Both the position numbers and the translations under genes were made by a program. The notes under the pieces are model-generated. The model saw only the letters and a list, made by a program, of their open reading frames with translations. It did no database searches and was not told the origin of the DNA. Positions 9,693 to 19,697 of a stretch of DNA of 64,000 nt are shown here, in pieces (position 1 is the first letter of the stretch; each line of letters starts with the position of its first letter). Source of the stretch: an uncultured Saprospiraceae bacterium (GTDB lineage: Bacteria; Bacteroidota; Bacteroidia; Chitinophagales; Saprospiraceae); assembly GCA_963837355.1 (NCBI GenBank), contig CAWIMY010000001.1, positions 18,714 to 82,713 on the forward strand, written 5' to 3'.

Positions 9693-9714
9693 CTATTCGT
9701 AACAACCTCTATTG
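9693..9714. repeat. solo copy of the MITE/IS terminal repeat
   Basis: ctattcgtaacaacctctattg equals the reverse complement of 6900..6921 with one mismatch. Confidence 0.6.
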
Positions 9715-9831
9715 TTAGCTGTTTTTTACTTAACTTATGCGTTGGTTCATTTTCTTTTACTAATTTAGAGTTCCCTACGCAATTAAGTAGACGTAACAAT
9801 TTTTGCTTCGCTCCGTCAAAAACTAACTCAA

Positions 9832-10578
9832 ATGACAGATAAGCCCAAAATTTCGATTATTACCATCTCTTATGCGGCGGAAGAGTTTATCGAGCGAACC
9901 ATAAAAAGTATTCTGGCACAATCTTATCCTAATATTGAATACATTATTATTGATGGGAATTCTAAAGATGGTACTGTAGGTATAATAAAACAATATGAAG
10001 AGCATGTTAATTATTGGATAAGCGAGCCCGATGAAAGTCATTTTGATGCGATGAATAAAGGGTTGGCAAAAGCTACAGGAGACTATGTACTGTTCATGAA
10101 TGCTGGCGATATCATTCACCAAGAGAACTCCCTTGCAGCGGCGATGAAAAATTCTAAGGGAGCCGATTTGATTTACAGTAGAGCAGAGTACATCACGGAA
10201 GAAGGCCAAAGAAGACCATGGCACAAAAAAACACCGCTTCCCTCTCAACTTAATGCCCGAAGCTTTTTAAATGGAATGGTGATTTGCCACCATTGTATGA
10301 TCGTCAAAAGAACACTCACACCACCCTATAAATTAGAACCTTGGAAAGTATCCAATGATATCGAATGGGCTATTCGAGTGATGAAAAATGTAAAAACAAC
10401 TCATTTTTGGGATGATGTTTTTTGTCTTTATTTAGAAGGAGGAATCTCTGCTACTAATAGGTTTAAAGCGGTGAAAGAAAGATTTGATATTGCCGCTCTA
10501 CATTTTGGTTGGATGCCCGCTATTTTAGAACAAGTAAAAATTTCTTTTCAGTTGATTAGAAGAGGAACACTTTCGTAA
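9832..10578 (+). CDS. family 2 glycosyltransferase
   Basis: ISIITISYAAEEFIERTIKSILAQSYPNIEYIIIDGNSKDGT is a typical GT2 N-terminus. Confidence 0.85.
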   Translation: MTDKPKISIITISYAAEEFIERTIKSILAQSYPNIEYIIIDGNSKDGTVGIIKQYEEHVNYWISEPDESHFDAMNKGLAKATGDYVLFMNAGDIIHQENSLAAAMKNSKGADLIYSRAEYITEEGQRRPWHKKTPLPSQLNARSFLNGMVICHHCMIVKRTLTPPYKLEPWKVSNDIEWAIRVMKNVKTTHFWDDVFCLYLEGGISATNRFKAVKERFDIAALHFGWMPAILEQVKISFQLIRRGTLS

Positions 10579-10595
10579 TTTATAAAAAACATTTC

Positions 10596-11591
10596 ATGAA
10601 AAAAGTTATCGTATTTGGGGCTGGTGGTTTTATCGGCAGTCATTTAGTAACTGCTTTAAAAAAACAAAATAAGTGGGTAAAGGGAGTGGACTTAAAATAC
10701 CCCGATTTCTCAGAAACAAATGCTGATGAGTTTGTAAGAGGAGACTTGAGAGATCCAGTTTTCGTTCAAAAGATGCTGGATACGCCTTATGACGAAGTTT
10801 ATCAACTTGCCGCAGATATGGGAGGTGCAGGGTTTATTTTTACTGGAGAAAATGATGCTGACGTGATGCACAACTCTGCTACCATTAATCTCAATACCCT
10901 CTATTATGGTAGAAAAGCAGGGATCAAAAAAATGTTTTACTCTTCCTCTGCTTGTATTTACCCAGAATTTAATCAGTTAGACCCCAATAATCCTGTTTGT
11001 ACAGAAGACTCCGCTTACCCTGCTCAGCCCGACAGTGAATATGGATGGGAGAAACTGTTTAGTGAACGACTTTATTTCGCTTTTAAAAGAAACTTTGACG
11101 TCAATGTAAAGGTAGCTCGTTTCCATAATATCTTTGGAGAAGAAGGTACTTTTCAGGGAGGACGGGAAAAGGCTCCAGCCGCAATTTGCCGAAAAGTGGC
11201 AGAAGCTAAGGATGGCGATGCCATCGAAATATGGGGAGATGGTCTTCAAACTCGTTCTTTTTTGCACGTAAGTGAGTGTATTGAGGGAATCTTCAAATTA
11301 ATGGAATCTGATGATTTTCACGGCCCTGTCAACATAGGGTCTGATGAGATGGTGACTATTAACGAGCTTGCGAATACCATCATTGAGCTATCTAAGAAAG
11401 ACTTGAGTTTAACACACATTAGTGGCCCTTTAGGTGTAAGGGGAAGAAATTCAGACAACAGTCTAATTTATGAAAAACTCAACTGGAAACCCGAAAAAAA
11501 ATTGATTGATGGCCTTAGAACTACCTACAATTGGATCAATGATCAAGTTCATGAAAATACAGGCCATCTAGGGGGAGTTTCTAAAGCATAA
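10596..11591 (+). CDS. NAD-dependent sugar-nucleotide epimerase/dehydratase (GDP-mannose 3,5-epimerase-like)
   Basis: Rossmann motif VFGAGGFIGSHL, plus SSSACIYPEF and PDSEYGWEKLFSERL, which resemble GME-type SDR enzymes. Confidence 0.8.
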   Translation: MKKVIVFGAGGFIGSHLVTALKKQNKWVKGVDLKYPDFSETNADEFVRGDLRDPVFVQKMLDTPYDEVYQLAADMGGAGFIFTGENDADVMHNSATINLNTLYYGRKAGIKKMFYSSSACIYPEFNQLDPNNPVCTEDSAYPAQPDSEYGWEKLFSERLYFAFKRNFDVNVKVARFHNIFGEEGTFQGGREKAPAAICRKVAEAKDGDAIEIWGDGLQTRSFLHVSECIEGIFKLMESDDFHGPVNIGSDEMVTINELANTIIELSKKDLSLTHISGPLGVRGRNSDNSLIYEKLNWKPEKKLIDGLRTTYNWINDQVHENTGHLGGVSKA

Positions 11592-11667
11592 CCAAATAGT
11601 ATTCCTTTGTAAGAATGTCCAAACTGAGTCGTCCTAGGATAGGTTGGCAGAAATGAACTAAAATAAA

Positions 11668-11701
11668 AGCCCCTTCCCGAATTTAGGGAAAGGGCTTTTT
11701 A
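11668..11701 (+). terminator. rho-independent terminator after the epimerase gene
   Basis: agccccttccc-gaattta-gggaaagggct followed by ttttt. Confidence 0.6.
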
Positions 11702-12068
11702 GGGAGTGGTTTATTCTATATTACAAACTATGGAATACCTAGAACTTGCTTTCATCCCCCTAAGTAGGACAAAATAGCTGTTTTTTAGCGCGAGCACTTT
11801 GCTTTTAGTTAGGAGACTAATTAAAAGAAGACATAAACTTGCTTGTAGAAAAGTTGCAAGAATTAGCGTATGACATAATTGGTCAGGATGTTTATTCGCT
11901 TTCTATTTGTGCACCGAGCAGCAGTTCTGCGTGCGTCGCTATATTAGAGCAGCTGTATCAAGAAATAAGAGCTTATTTAAAAACGATAGGGGGTATTTAT
12001 TGTCTTGATGCCGTAAGAGAATAAATTTTGGAGGGTAATATTCCATTAGGATTATAGAAATAGGAAAT

Positions 12069-12320
12069 CCCAACCACCCGTAGGGCCGTATGAAAATACG
12101 GTTCCCCCAACCAATACCCCAAAACAAGCCATCCCAACCACCCGTAGGGCCGTATGAAAATACGATCCCCCAACCAATACCCCAAAACAAGCCATCCCAA
12201 CCACCCGTAAGGGCCGTATGAAAATACGATCCCCCCAACCAATACCCCAAAACAAGCCATCCCAACCACCCGTAGGGCCGTATGAAAATACGTGCCGCTC
12301 CAACCAATACCTTCTAAAAA
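12069..12320. repeat. tandem array 1: about 4 copies of a ~64-bp unit with a GTAG-prefixed hairpin
   Basis: Unit cccaaccacccGTAGggccgtatgaaaatacg(g/a)t(t)cccccaaccaataccccaaaacaagccat starts at 12069, 12133, 12196 and 12261. The whole unit repeats, including what would be the spacer. Confidence 0.9.
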
Positions 12321-12429
12321 AAACAATCCCCTCCAAAAATAGTTACACAAAAGTAAGCCCCCAATCATTAGACAATAGGGTATAATTTATGTACATTTCA
12401 GTATAAGAAAACCAAAAAAAAGTAAACGA

Positions 12430-13281
12430 ATGCAACCAATAGAAGACCGCGAGTTATACCAATTCATGAGCAATGCCTTTTACGAAGATGTCCGCGATGG
12501 CGACCACACCTCCTTGGCCTGTGTGCCCGAAAATGCCAAAGGCAGCGCCAAATTATTGGTCAAAGACGACGGAATCTTAGCAGGAGTAGACTTAGCGCAA
12601 CGCATCTTCCACTTTGTAGATCCCAAATTTGAATTGGATGTTTTTATTGAAGACGGCAGCGCGGTCAAAGTAGGCGATGTTGCCTTTGAAGTACGCGGCA
12701 AGAGCCGCGCCATCCTAAAAGCCGAGCGCTTAGTCCTCAATGCCATGCAGCGCATGAGTGGGATTGCCACCCTGTCTAGACAGTTTGTAGAGGCCGTAGA
12801 AGGCTTGGATGTACAAATCCTAGATACCCGAAAAACAACGCCCTTGTTGCGGTTTTTAGAAAAATGGGCCGTGCGCATTGGCGGGGCGACCAACTACCGA
12901 ACAGGTCTGTACGACCGCATTATGATCAAAGACAACCACATTGATTTTTGTGGCAGCATTACCCAAGCCGTAGAGCAAACCCAAGCCTATTTGAAGGAAA
13001 AACAACTGGCATTAGAAATCACCTTAGAAGTCCGCAACCTAGAAGAGCTAGAAGAAGCCTTGGCTGTTGGACAAATCAACCGTATTATGTTGGATAATTT
13101 TGACCCGCCTGTTTTGCGTCAAGCAGTGGAGCAGATCGGTAAGCGTTTTGAATCGGAAGCTTCGGGCGGCATTACGTTAGAGACAGTGCGCCGTTATGCC
13201 GAGACAGGAGTAGATTTTATTTCTGTAGGTGCACTTACCCATTCCTTCAAAAGCCTAGATTTGAGTTTAAAGAAAAAATAA
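12430..13281 (+). CDS. nadC: nicotinate-nucleotide diphosphorylase (carboxylating)
   Basis: ILDTRKTTPLLRFLEKWAVRIGGATNYRTGLYDRIMIKDNHI and a length of 283 aa are typical of NadC. Confidence 0.9.
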   Translation: MQPIEDRELYQFMSNAFYEDVRDGDHTSLACVPENAKGSAKLLVKDDGILAGVDLAQRIFHFVDPKFELDVFIEDGSAVKVGDVAFEVRGKSRAILKAERLVLNAMQRMSGIATLSRQFVEAVEGLDVQILDTRKTTPLLRFLEKWAVRIGGATNYRTGLYDRIMIKDNHIDFCGSITQAVEQTQAYLKEKQLALEITLEVRNLEELEEALAVGQINRIMLDNFDPPVLRQAVEQIGKRFESEASGGITLETVRRYAETGVDFISVGALTHSFKSLDLSLKKK

Positions 13282-13287
13282 GCCATT

Positions 13288-13734
13288 ATGATGAATACCG
13301 AAACACTGTTTACGATCTTTAATACGAGTATTTTACTGCCTTGGTTGTTGCTGTTGTTGGCACCCAAATGGAGCGTTACCCAACACATGCTGCGCACCAA
13401 ATGGCCCGTATTGGTATTGGCAGTCGCCTATTTGAGCTTATTGCTAATCGACTTATTTTCCGCTACGGACAGCAGCATTGATTTCATGTCCTTTCAATCC
13501 ATCAAAGCCGCTTTTGGACGCGACGAGGTCATGCTCATTGGTTGGATTCACTACTTAGCCTTTGATTTATTTGTGGGGATGTGGGAATTAAAAGCAGGGC
13601 AGGAGCGGGGTATTCCGCATTATTTCCTAGCACCTTGTTTAATCTTTACCTTAATGTATGGACCAATCGGTTTCTTATTCTACCTAATTTTGCGCCAGTT
13701 GTACCCCAATCAAGCGACCACGGAAGCCGTATAA
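13288..13734 (+). CDS. small polytopic membrane protein (DUF4281/ABA4-like)
   Basis: 148 aa with four hydrophobic helices. LLPWLLLLLAPKW...WIHYLAFDLFVG resembles the ABA4-like family, assigned from memory. Confidence 0.5.
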   Translation: MMNTETLFTIFNTSILLPWLLLLLAPKWSVTQHMLRTKWPVLVLAVAYLSLLLIDLFSATDSSIDFMSFQSIKAAFGRDEVMLIGWIHYLAFDLFVGMWELKAGQERGIPHYFLAPCLIFTLMYGPIGFLFYLILRQLYPNQATTEAV

Positions 13735-13949
13735 ACCACCAACACAATAGTGAGTACTTGCAACCAAAATCTAGGGTTGCGGCTCACGCGTAGGCCATAG
13801 GCCCACAAATCGCTGCCCAAATGATAAAACGTAAATAGAAGGAAAATAGATAAAATTAGCATGGGAAAATAGAGAACGTTATTCCAAAAAGAACAACATA
13901 AATGGAGAAATAAAAGTGGAGATTAACCTAGTTCAAATAACAGACCAGA

Positions 13950-14215
13950 ACAACAAACCGTAGGGACGTATTTTAATACGTCCCCCCAAAAAACAACAAA
14001 CCGTAGGGACGTATTTTAACACACCCCCCAAAAAACAACAAACCGTAGGGACGTATTTTAACACACCCCCCAAAAAACAACAAAAACCGTAGGGACGTAT
14101 TTTAATACGTCCCCCCAAAAAAACAACAAAAACCGTAGGGACGTATTTTAACACACCCCCCAAAAAAAAAAACACACCCCCCAAAAAAAACAACACACCC
14201 AAAAAAAAATCAAAA
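13950..14215. repeat. tandem array 2: 5 copies of a 42-46-bp unit with a GTAG-prefixed hairpin, then a degenerate C/A tail
   Basis: accGTAGggacgtattttaatacgtcccccc starts at 13957, 14000, 14042, 14086 and 14132. Copies 1 and 4 keep the 8-bp stem GGGACGTA/TACGTCCC. Copies 2, 3 and 5 read ...ttttaacacacccccc, so the stem is lost. Confidence 0.9.
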
Positions 14216-14218
14216 AAC

Positions 14219-15934
14219 CTAAATCTCCCCCACAACCGATTCTGTCACATTAATAATATGATCCCCCACCCGCTCCAGCGAAGAAAATAAATTGTTATAA
14301 ACCATAGCATTCTTCACCTTATAACCCTCTCGACCCAAGCGATCCAAATTCTCCGAGCGGAGTTTGTTGCGCAGGGCGTTAATTTCTTGCTCCAGCAAAA
14401 TAGCCCGATCCTTCTTGACGGCGCTATAATCAGGGGCAGAGAGATTACGGTTCATTTCCACAAAAGCGGCATCAATCAATTCAATCATCGAATTAATACT
14501 GTTGCGCTGCTCTGGCAGGAAATACAACCGCTCTTCTATTTTTTGCTCCAAAGAGCGCGAAATTTGAAAATAAATATCCCCGATGCGCTCCAAATCATTG
14601 GCAATGTTCATGTAACTACGCAGCTTTGTAGAAGTCTGTGGAGTAATTTCCGCATCCGCTAGGCGCGTGATGTACTCCGTAATTTCGACTTCCATCATAT
14701 CCGAAATTTGTTCGTACTTCGTCATGCGCTGAATGGCTTCCATCTTTTCTTTACGTTCGATAGAATTGAGCGCCGTATACAGAAACTTATTCATACGGCT
14801 AGTGACATTCCCAAAGTGCGCCGTTTCTTTCTGCACAGCATCGGTATTCAGTTCAGCGGTGAGCGCAGAATTGCTAATAAATTGTAGTTTAACATTGCTA
14901 TTGTGCTGCCCTACTTTTTCGGGTACGGTATAGGTAGCCGCTTTGACCAGCCAAGGAATAAACGGCGCTACGATGAGTACATTTAAAACATTGAAACTTG
15001 TATGAAAAGCCGCTAAAGCCAATAAAATAGCCATAGTTTCTGTATACGGTCGGCCAAAGAAAGCCAAGAGCGGTTCGGCTAACCCCGTTAGCAAAGGCAA
15101 AAACCAAGGCAAGGCAATGACCATCCAAGTGACTCCAAAGATATTAAACAGCGAGTGAATACGCGCCGCGCGACGCGCCGAAGTGTTGCCGACCAAAGCC
15201 GCCAATTCGGCCGTAACCGTTGTTCCAATATTTTCTCCTAAAACCATCGCTGCCGCCACTTCAAAAGGCAACCAACCATTGTAACACATGGCCAAGGTAA
15301 TGGTGGTAGAAGCACTAGAAGACTGCACCACAATCGTGAGCATTGTACCGACAAATACAAAGAAAATTCTAGAAATAAGCCCCCTTTCGGTAAACTCCTG
15401 TAAGGTCTGTAGAATGGGGGAATTCTCGTCGATGATCGGAATCGCCTCACGCAGGGCATCCAACCCCAAAAACAGCAACGCAAAACCTACCACAAACTGC
15501 CCCCAAAACTTGATACGTCCTCGTCCTACCCAAATCATCGGCACCCCTACTGCAAAAAAAGGAATACAATAGGTCGATAAATTGATCTCAAACCCCAACC
15601 CCGATACCAACCAAGTCGTCACTGTTGTCCCTACATTGGCTCCAATCATCACCCCCGCCGATTCCGTCAAGGAGAGCAGACCCGCATTAACAAAACTAAC
15701 CGTCATCACGGTCGTTGCTGAAGAGGATTGGATGAGTGCCGTAATTATAAAACCGTTAAAAATGCCCAATAAAGGGTTTTGGGTCAGCTTGCGCAAAATG
15801 GCTCGCAACTGCGACCCTGCCGCACGTTGTATGCCGTCGCTCATCGTTTTCATCCCGTAGATAAAAAACGCCAAAGCACCCAAAATTTGAATAACGGTTC
15901 CCAAAGAGGCCCAATTGATGATAGTGGAGTTCAT
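14219..15934 (-). CDS. Na/Pi cotransporter family protein with PhoU-like C-terminal domain
   Basis: Duplicated QSSSATT / QSSSASTT motifs in a polytopic N-terminal half, followed by a soluble helical C-terminal half. Confidence 0.85.
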   Translation of the reverse strand: MNSTIINWASLGTVIQILGALAFFIYGMKTMSDGIQRAAGSQLRAILRKLTQNPLLGIFNGFIITALIQSSSATTVMTVSFVNAGLLSLTESAGVMIGANVGTTVTTWLVSGLGFEINLSTYCIPFFAVGVPMIWVGRGRIKFWGQFVVGFALLFLGLDALREAIPIIDENSPILQTLQEFTERGLISRIFFVFVGTMLTIVVQSSSASTTITLAMCYNGWLPFEVAAAMVLGENIGTTVTAELAALVGNTSARRAARIHSLFNIFGVTWMVIALPWFLPLLTGLAEPLLAFFGRPYTETMAILLALAAFHTSFNVLNVLIVAPFIPWLVKAATYTVPEKVGQHNSNVKLQFISNSALTAELNTDAVQKETAHFGNVTSRMNKFLYTALNSIERKEKMEAIQRMTKYEQISDMMEVEITEYITRLADAEITPQTSTKLRSYMNIANDLERIGDIYFQISRSLEQKIEERLYFLPEQRNSINSMIELIDAAFVEMNRNLSAPDYSAVKKDRAILLEQEINALRNKLRSENLDRLGREGYKVKNAMVYNNLFSSLERVGDHIINVTESVVGEI

Positions 15935-16035
15935 ACAAGCAAGAATTTAGCACGTGCCAGTAAGGTTGCAAAAGAGGTCAGACATCGTTTTTAACACGTC
16001 TTGCCCTTGCACCCATTGAATAAAGAACACTAAGA

Positions 16036-16988
16036 TTAAACTAATGAGCAACCCCAAGAATACTTTACCCAAATCACTAACAAATCCTTAGTAAGAGAGC
16101 CGTTAAAACGGTCTCCCGTCATCCAGCGAATCGCAATTTCACGCCCGCCCAATAGGCCGATAAACACCCAAGTGGTACTCATGGGTATGCTGTTCAATTC
16201 CTTGAAATAGTAGAGGATGATGCCATAAATAAAGTCAATGATGGTTGCTGAACGAATGTCCGTGGTGTTGGTTTTGGAAAGGACAATGTTTTGAATGGCT
16301 CCCTCCACGCTGCCAAAAAATATAGCCCAATAGGACCGATCAAAATCAGTAGGGAAATAACCATCGAAACACCGTCCAATTGGCGAGGGAGGTACACAAA
16401 GATATTGGCAAAATCCTGCGCCAACCACTGCGTCCAGAGAAAACCCGTCGAAAACCACTGCAATACTGTCCAGATTTGTAGCTCTTTCTCCTTGATAGGA
16501 TTTTGCTTAAAGCGCTGTTCCAATGGTTTAGAGACAATAAGATAGACCACAAAAGCGACCACAAAGGCCAATAAATACCCACTGACCGATTTGGTAAGCA
16601 TCGAATCCAAGCCCTTGGGCTTGAAAAAGGTTAAAATTAGAAAGGAGGTACTCACAGGAATTCCCAAACGGGTAATAAATACCAACACCAAGGGGGGCAG
16701 AATATAAAACCAACTGAAGGGATCAGGTAAAGGATATTTGGGATTACTCATGGAGAAATCTGGCGCATCACCAATCAAGCGTTGGTAGGAGACATCTCCA
16801 TCAAAGGTATACCAACTGTACAACAAGGTAGCGGTCAAAATACTCGCGGCAAAAATCCACAACACCCACCAAGGACGCTTTTCATTTGAACTCAAAAAAG
16901 TACCTAAGGTTTGAATCACATCATTGCCCACAACAGAATACGCGGCCAAGATAAATCCACCCCACATAATTAAAAAAGAAGCGTCCAT
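16036..16988 (-). CDS. PHO4/PiT-like inorganic phosphate transporter, one frame break at a 6-nt homopolymer
   Basis: N-terminal VGNDVIQTLGTF and C-terminal MSTTWVFIGLLGGREI resemble the two PiT signature motifs. ORFs 16194..16988 and 16036..16458 join as ...LILIGPIGLYF/GSVEGAIQN... at the aaaaaa run 16315..16320. Confidence 0.6.
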
Positions 16989-17182
16989 TTTTTGCTATTA
17001 ATATCTATGTATTACGGAGATCGTAGAAGGGCGCGCAAACAATAGCCACTGCCCCATGTTTCGGAGAGCGAAAATAAACCTAATTCGAGGATTTTAGGCG
17101 ACTAGCTATTTTACTTAATTGTTAATTGAACATTAACTAGTTGTTGGCTCAACCACAAAAAAGTTAACGTTGGATTAGAAAA

Positions 17183-18400
17183 CTACTGCAAGCGGCCCGC
17201 CAAAAAGGCCGTTGTCCAAGCTGCCTGAAAGTTGTAACCGCCTGTAATACCGTCAATATCGAGTACTTCTCCTGCAAAATAGAGCCCAGGGCACACCTTG
17301 CTCTCAAAAGTAATCGCGTTAATGTCCGAGAGCGCCACGCCACCACAAGTGACAAACTCTTCTTTGAACGTTGTCTTACCCGACACCTGATAGGTATCAT
17401 TCGTGAGCAACGTACTGATTTTATTTAACCCCTTTTTACCCAATTCCGACCAGCGTTTGTCCAAGGGTAGTTGGCTTTTGTGCAATAAGTATTGCCAAAG
17501 GCGATCGGGTAGGGCATAAGGGCGGTAGTTGGAGAGTTGTTTTTGAGGATGGGTTTGCACAATTTCGTCTAGGGCATCGTTGACCAATTGCTGGTTGGGC
17601 TCATCGACCCAATTGACTTGCAAGACGGCTTGGTAAGCGCGTTCTTGTAGCCAGCGCGCACCAAAAGCAGAGAGCTTTAGAATCGCAGGACCACTCATGC
17701 CCCAATGCGTAATTAGCAACGGGCCGTCTGATTTGAGCTTGCTGCCCTGAATGCTACAGCGAACATTTTCCACGACAATACCCATGAGTTCGCGCACGGC
17801 TGTTTCTTGGGGCATATTGAAGGTGAAAAGAGAGGGAACAGGCGTTTTTATTTGGTGGCCTAAATCGGCCAACCATTGTAGGCCTTTGAGGCTGGGGCTG
17901 CCGCCTGTGGCGATGATGATCTTATCAAATAGTTCAGCAGGAGCGGCCTCTTTTTGATAATGCACGCGCCAAGCAGCGCCAACGGCTTCCAAACGTTGCA
18001 CCCCGCGCTGTAGCTGCACCCGTACGCCCAAGCGTCCTGCCTCTTGCAAAAAGCAATCAATCACTACTTGCGAGTCCTGCGCTACGGGAAAGACACAGTT
18101 GTCTTCTTGAGTGGTGAGCGCCACGCCGCGCTCCTCAAACCAATTCATCGTGTGTTGGGTATGAAAATGCCGAAAAGCCTTCTTTAGCACCTTTTCGCCG
18201 CGTGGATAAGCTTTGACCAGTTCGCGAATGACCGTGCAGCCGTTGGTCACATTGCAACGTCCCCCACCTGATATTTTGACTTTCGACAATACTTTTTTGG
18301 ATTTTTCCAACAACACCACCTCTGCCGAAGGGTGATTTTCTTTGGCCGCTAGTGCCGAAAAAAAACCTGCTGCCCCACCTCCAATAACTGCAATTCTCAT
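17183..18400 (-). CDS. HI0933/BaiN-family FAD-dependent oxidoreductase
   Basis: MRIAVIGGGAAGFF...ISGGGRCNVTN; 405 aa. Confidence 0.8.
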   Translation of the reverse strand: MRIAVIGGGAAGFFSALAAKENHPSAEVVLLEKSKKVLSKVKISGGGRCNVTNGCTVIRELVKAYPRGEKVLKKAFRHFHTQHTMNWFEERGVALTTQEDNCVFPVAQDSQVVIDCFLQEAGRLGVRVQLQRGVQRLEAVGAAWRVHYQKEAAPAELFDKIIIATGGSPSLKGLQWLADLGHQIKTPVPSLFTFNMPQETAVRELMGIVVENVRCSIQGSKLKSDGPLLITHWGMSGPAILKLSAFGARWLQERAYQAVLQVNWVDEPNQQLVNDALDEIVQTHPQKQLSNYRPYALPDRLWQYLLHKSQLPLDKRWSELGKKGLNKISTLLTNDTYQVSGKTTFKEEFVTCGGVALSDINAITFESKVCPGLYFAGEVLDIDGITGGYNFQAAWTTAFLAGRLQ

Positions 18401-18549
18401 AAGAACAAACGACTAAGTCTCTGCCACACCATTAGTAGAGCGGCTTTTAATAGCGCAAAAATCGCTAAAAAAATGCACAAACAAGGAAGTTTGCGTTTAA
18501 ATTATCCCCATGATTATGATTATACGCTGCACCCCGCTTTACCCCTTTT

Positions 18550-19071
18550 TTACTTTGTAATCTCAGCTTGTAAACTTTCGGATACACATTGCGCACCTTT
18601 CGTAATTTTAGAGGCATATATTTTGCCTAGTCCTTTTACTTTCCAATCTAAACTACCACCGTCTAAAGATGGGTACCGCATTAGCGCTATTTTATCACTG
18701 GCCAGTTGATCAACCTGTTCTTTAGTTAGTTTAAAGTGGTATGTATACATACTTATGATTGTTGTTTCAATTAATCTACTCTGTGGATTGGCATCGTCAA
18801 TGGACTTAAGTTTAACTATATCGCCATTGTTCAACTTGAACATGATCTCACTACCTTTTAGAACAGAAACATTTTGCTCACCTCCGTAAGAAAAAGTAGT
18901 GTAAAAATCTGTGAACTCTCCTCCTGTATTTTCATACCTTAGCGTTTTGTATTGATTCATAAATTTGATAGTTCTTTCTCCTGTGAAAGGGTCAGCTTGC
19001 ACTTCGCATTTTTGTCCATAACTAAAGCTGATAGATAGTAAGAAGCATAAAGAAATTAGGAAAAAAGTCAT
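18550..19071 (-). CDS. hypothetical secreted protein
   Basis: Signal peptide MTFFLISLCFLLSISFSYGQ. AT-rich. No family was recognised. Confidence 0.5.
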   Translation of the reverse strand: MTFFLISLCFLLSISFSYGQKCEVQADPFTGERTIKFMNQYKTLRYENTGGEFTDFYTTFSYGGEQNVSVLKGSEIMFKLNNGDIVKLKSIDDANPQSRLIETTIISMYTYHFKLTKEQVDQLASDKIALMRYPSLDGGSLDWKVKGLGKIYASKITKGAQCVSESLQAEITK

Positions 19072-19329
19072 TCTAGTTTTAATTGTTAATTTTTTTTTAA
19101 TTATAAAAATTTAATCCATTAGACAATAATGGAAGTCTATTGTTTAATAATAACAGAAGCTACTCTGACAATAAAAATATACCTTTTATCGGAAAATAAT
19201 GCAGTAATTAGCGACATATTTTCCGTTTTCCAAGACTGGCGCTACTAGTCGGCTGGCTTCCGAGAGCCAGTTCCGCCTCTGCGGGAAGGAATACCGCTTT
19301 GCTTTCCTTTTAGCAACATAGACGCTGCT

Positions 19330-19697
19330 TCTACCTCATCAACAAACAGGTCTTTACAAACAAGGATCAATCTATAAGCGTACGATTTCTGGTTTCTAAC
19401 GATTTTAACTTGTCTGATGAGGATTTCACTACAATCTATAAAAAACGATGGAGTGTAGAGGAATATCACAAAAGCTTGAAGCAAAATGCGGCCATTGCTA
19501 AATCACCTTCTAGAAGGATAGAAACACAGAGCAACCATCTATTTGCAGCTATTCTTGCCTACGTGAAGTTGGAAAAACTAAAGTTTACCCAACAGTTGAA
19601 TCACTTTGCCATAAAATCTAAAATCCACCTCGCGGCTAATAAAGCTGCTTTTAAGCAACTCCAACTACTCAAGATCCAGAATATAGTGCCTGCGTAA
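19330..19697 (+). pseudogene. IS4-family-type DDE transposase, C-terminal remnant
   Basis: FTTIYKKRWSVEEYHKSLKQ carries the Y-x2-R-x3-E-x6-K signature. There is no N-terminal catalytic part upstream. Confidence 0.6.

Noticed and set aside
11803-11819. 17-nt identical motif ttttagttaggagacta shared with 40844..40860 (and a shorter tagttaggaga at ~27499)
   Set aside because: For a 64-kb AT-biased window, the expected number of chance 17-mer pairs is not negligible. My rough estimate is a few tenths, counting both orientations. Flanking similarity is weak, so it is not reported as a feature.
11939-12368. Three overlapping minus-strand ORFs (122, 123 and 94 aa) and similar ORFs at 13933..14235, 30378..30596 and 30719..30937
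   Set aside because: They lie entirely within the tandem arrays and are open in several frames at once. They translate to repetitive strings (RPYGWLGW, RILMRLYLGYLF). They are artefacts of stop-free repeats.
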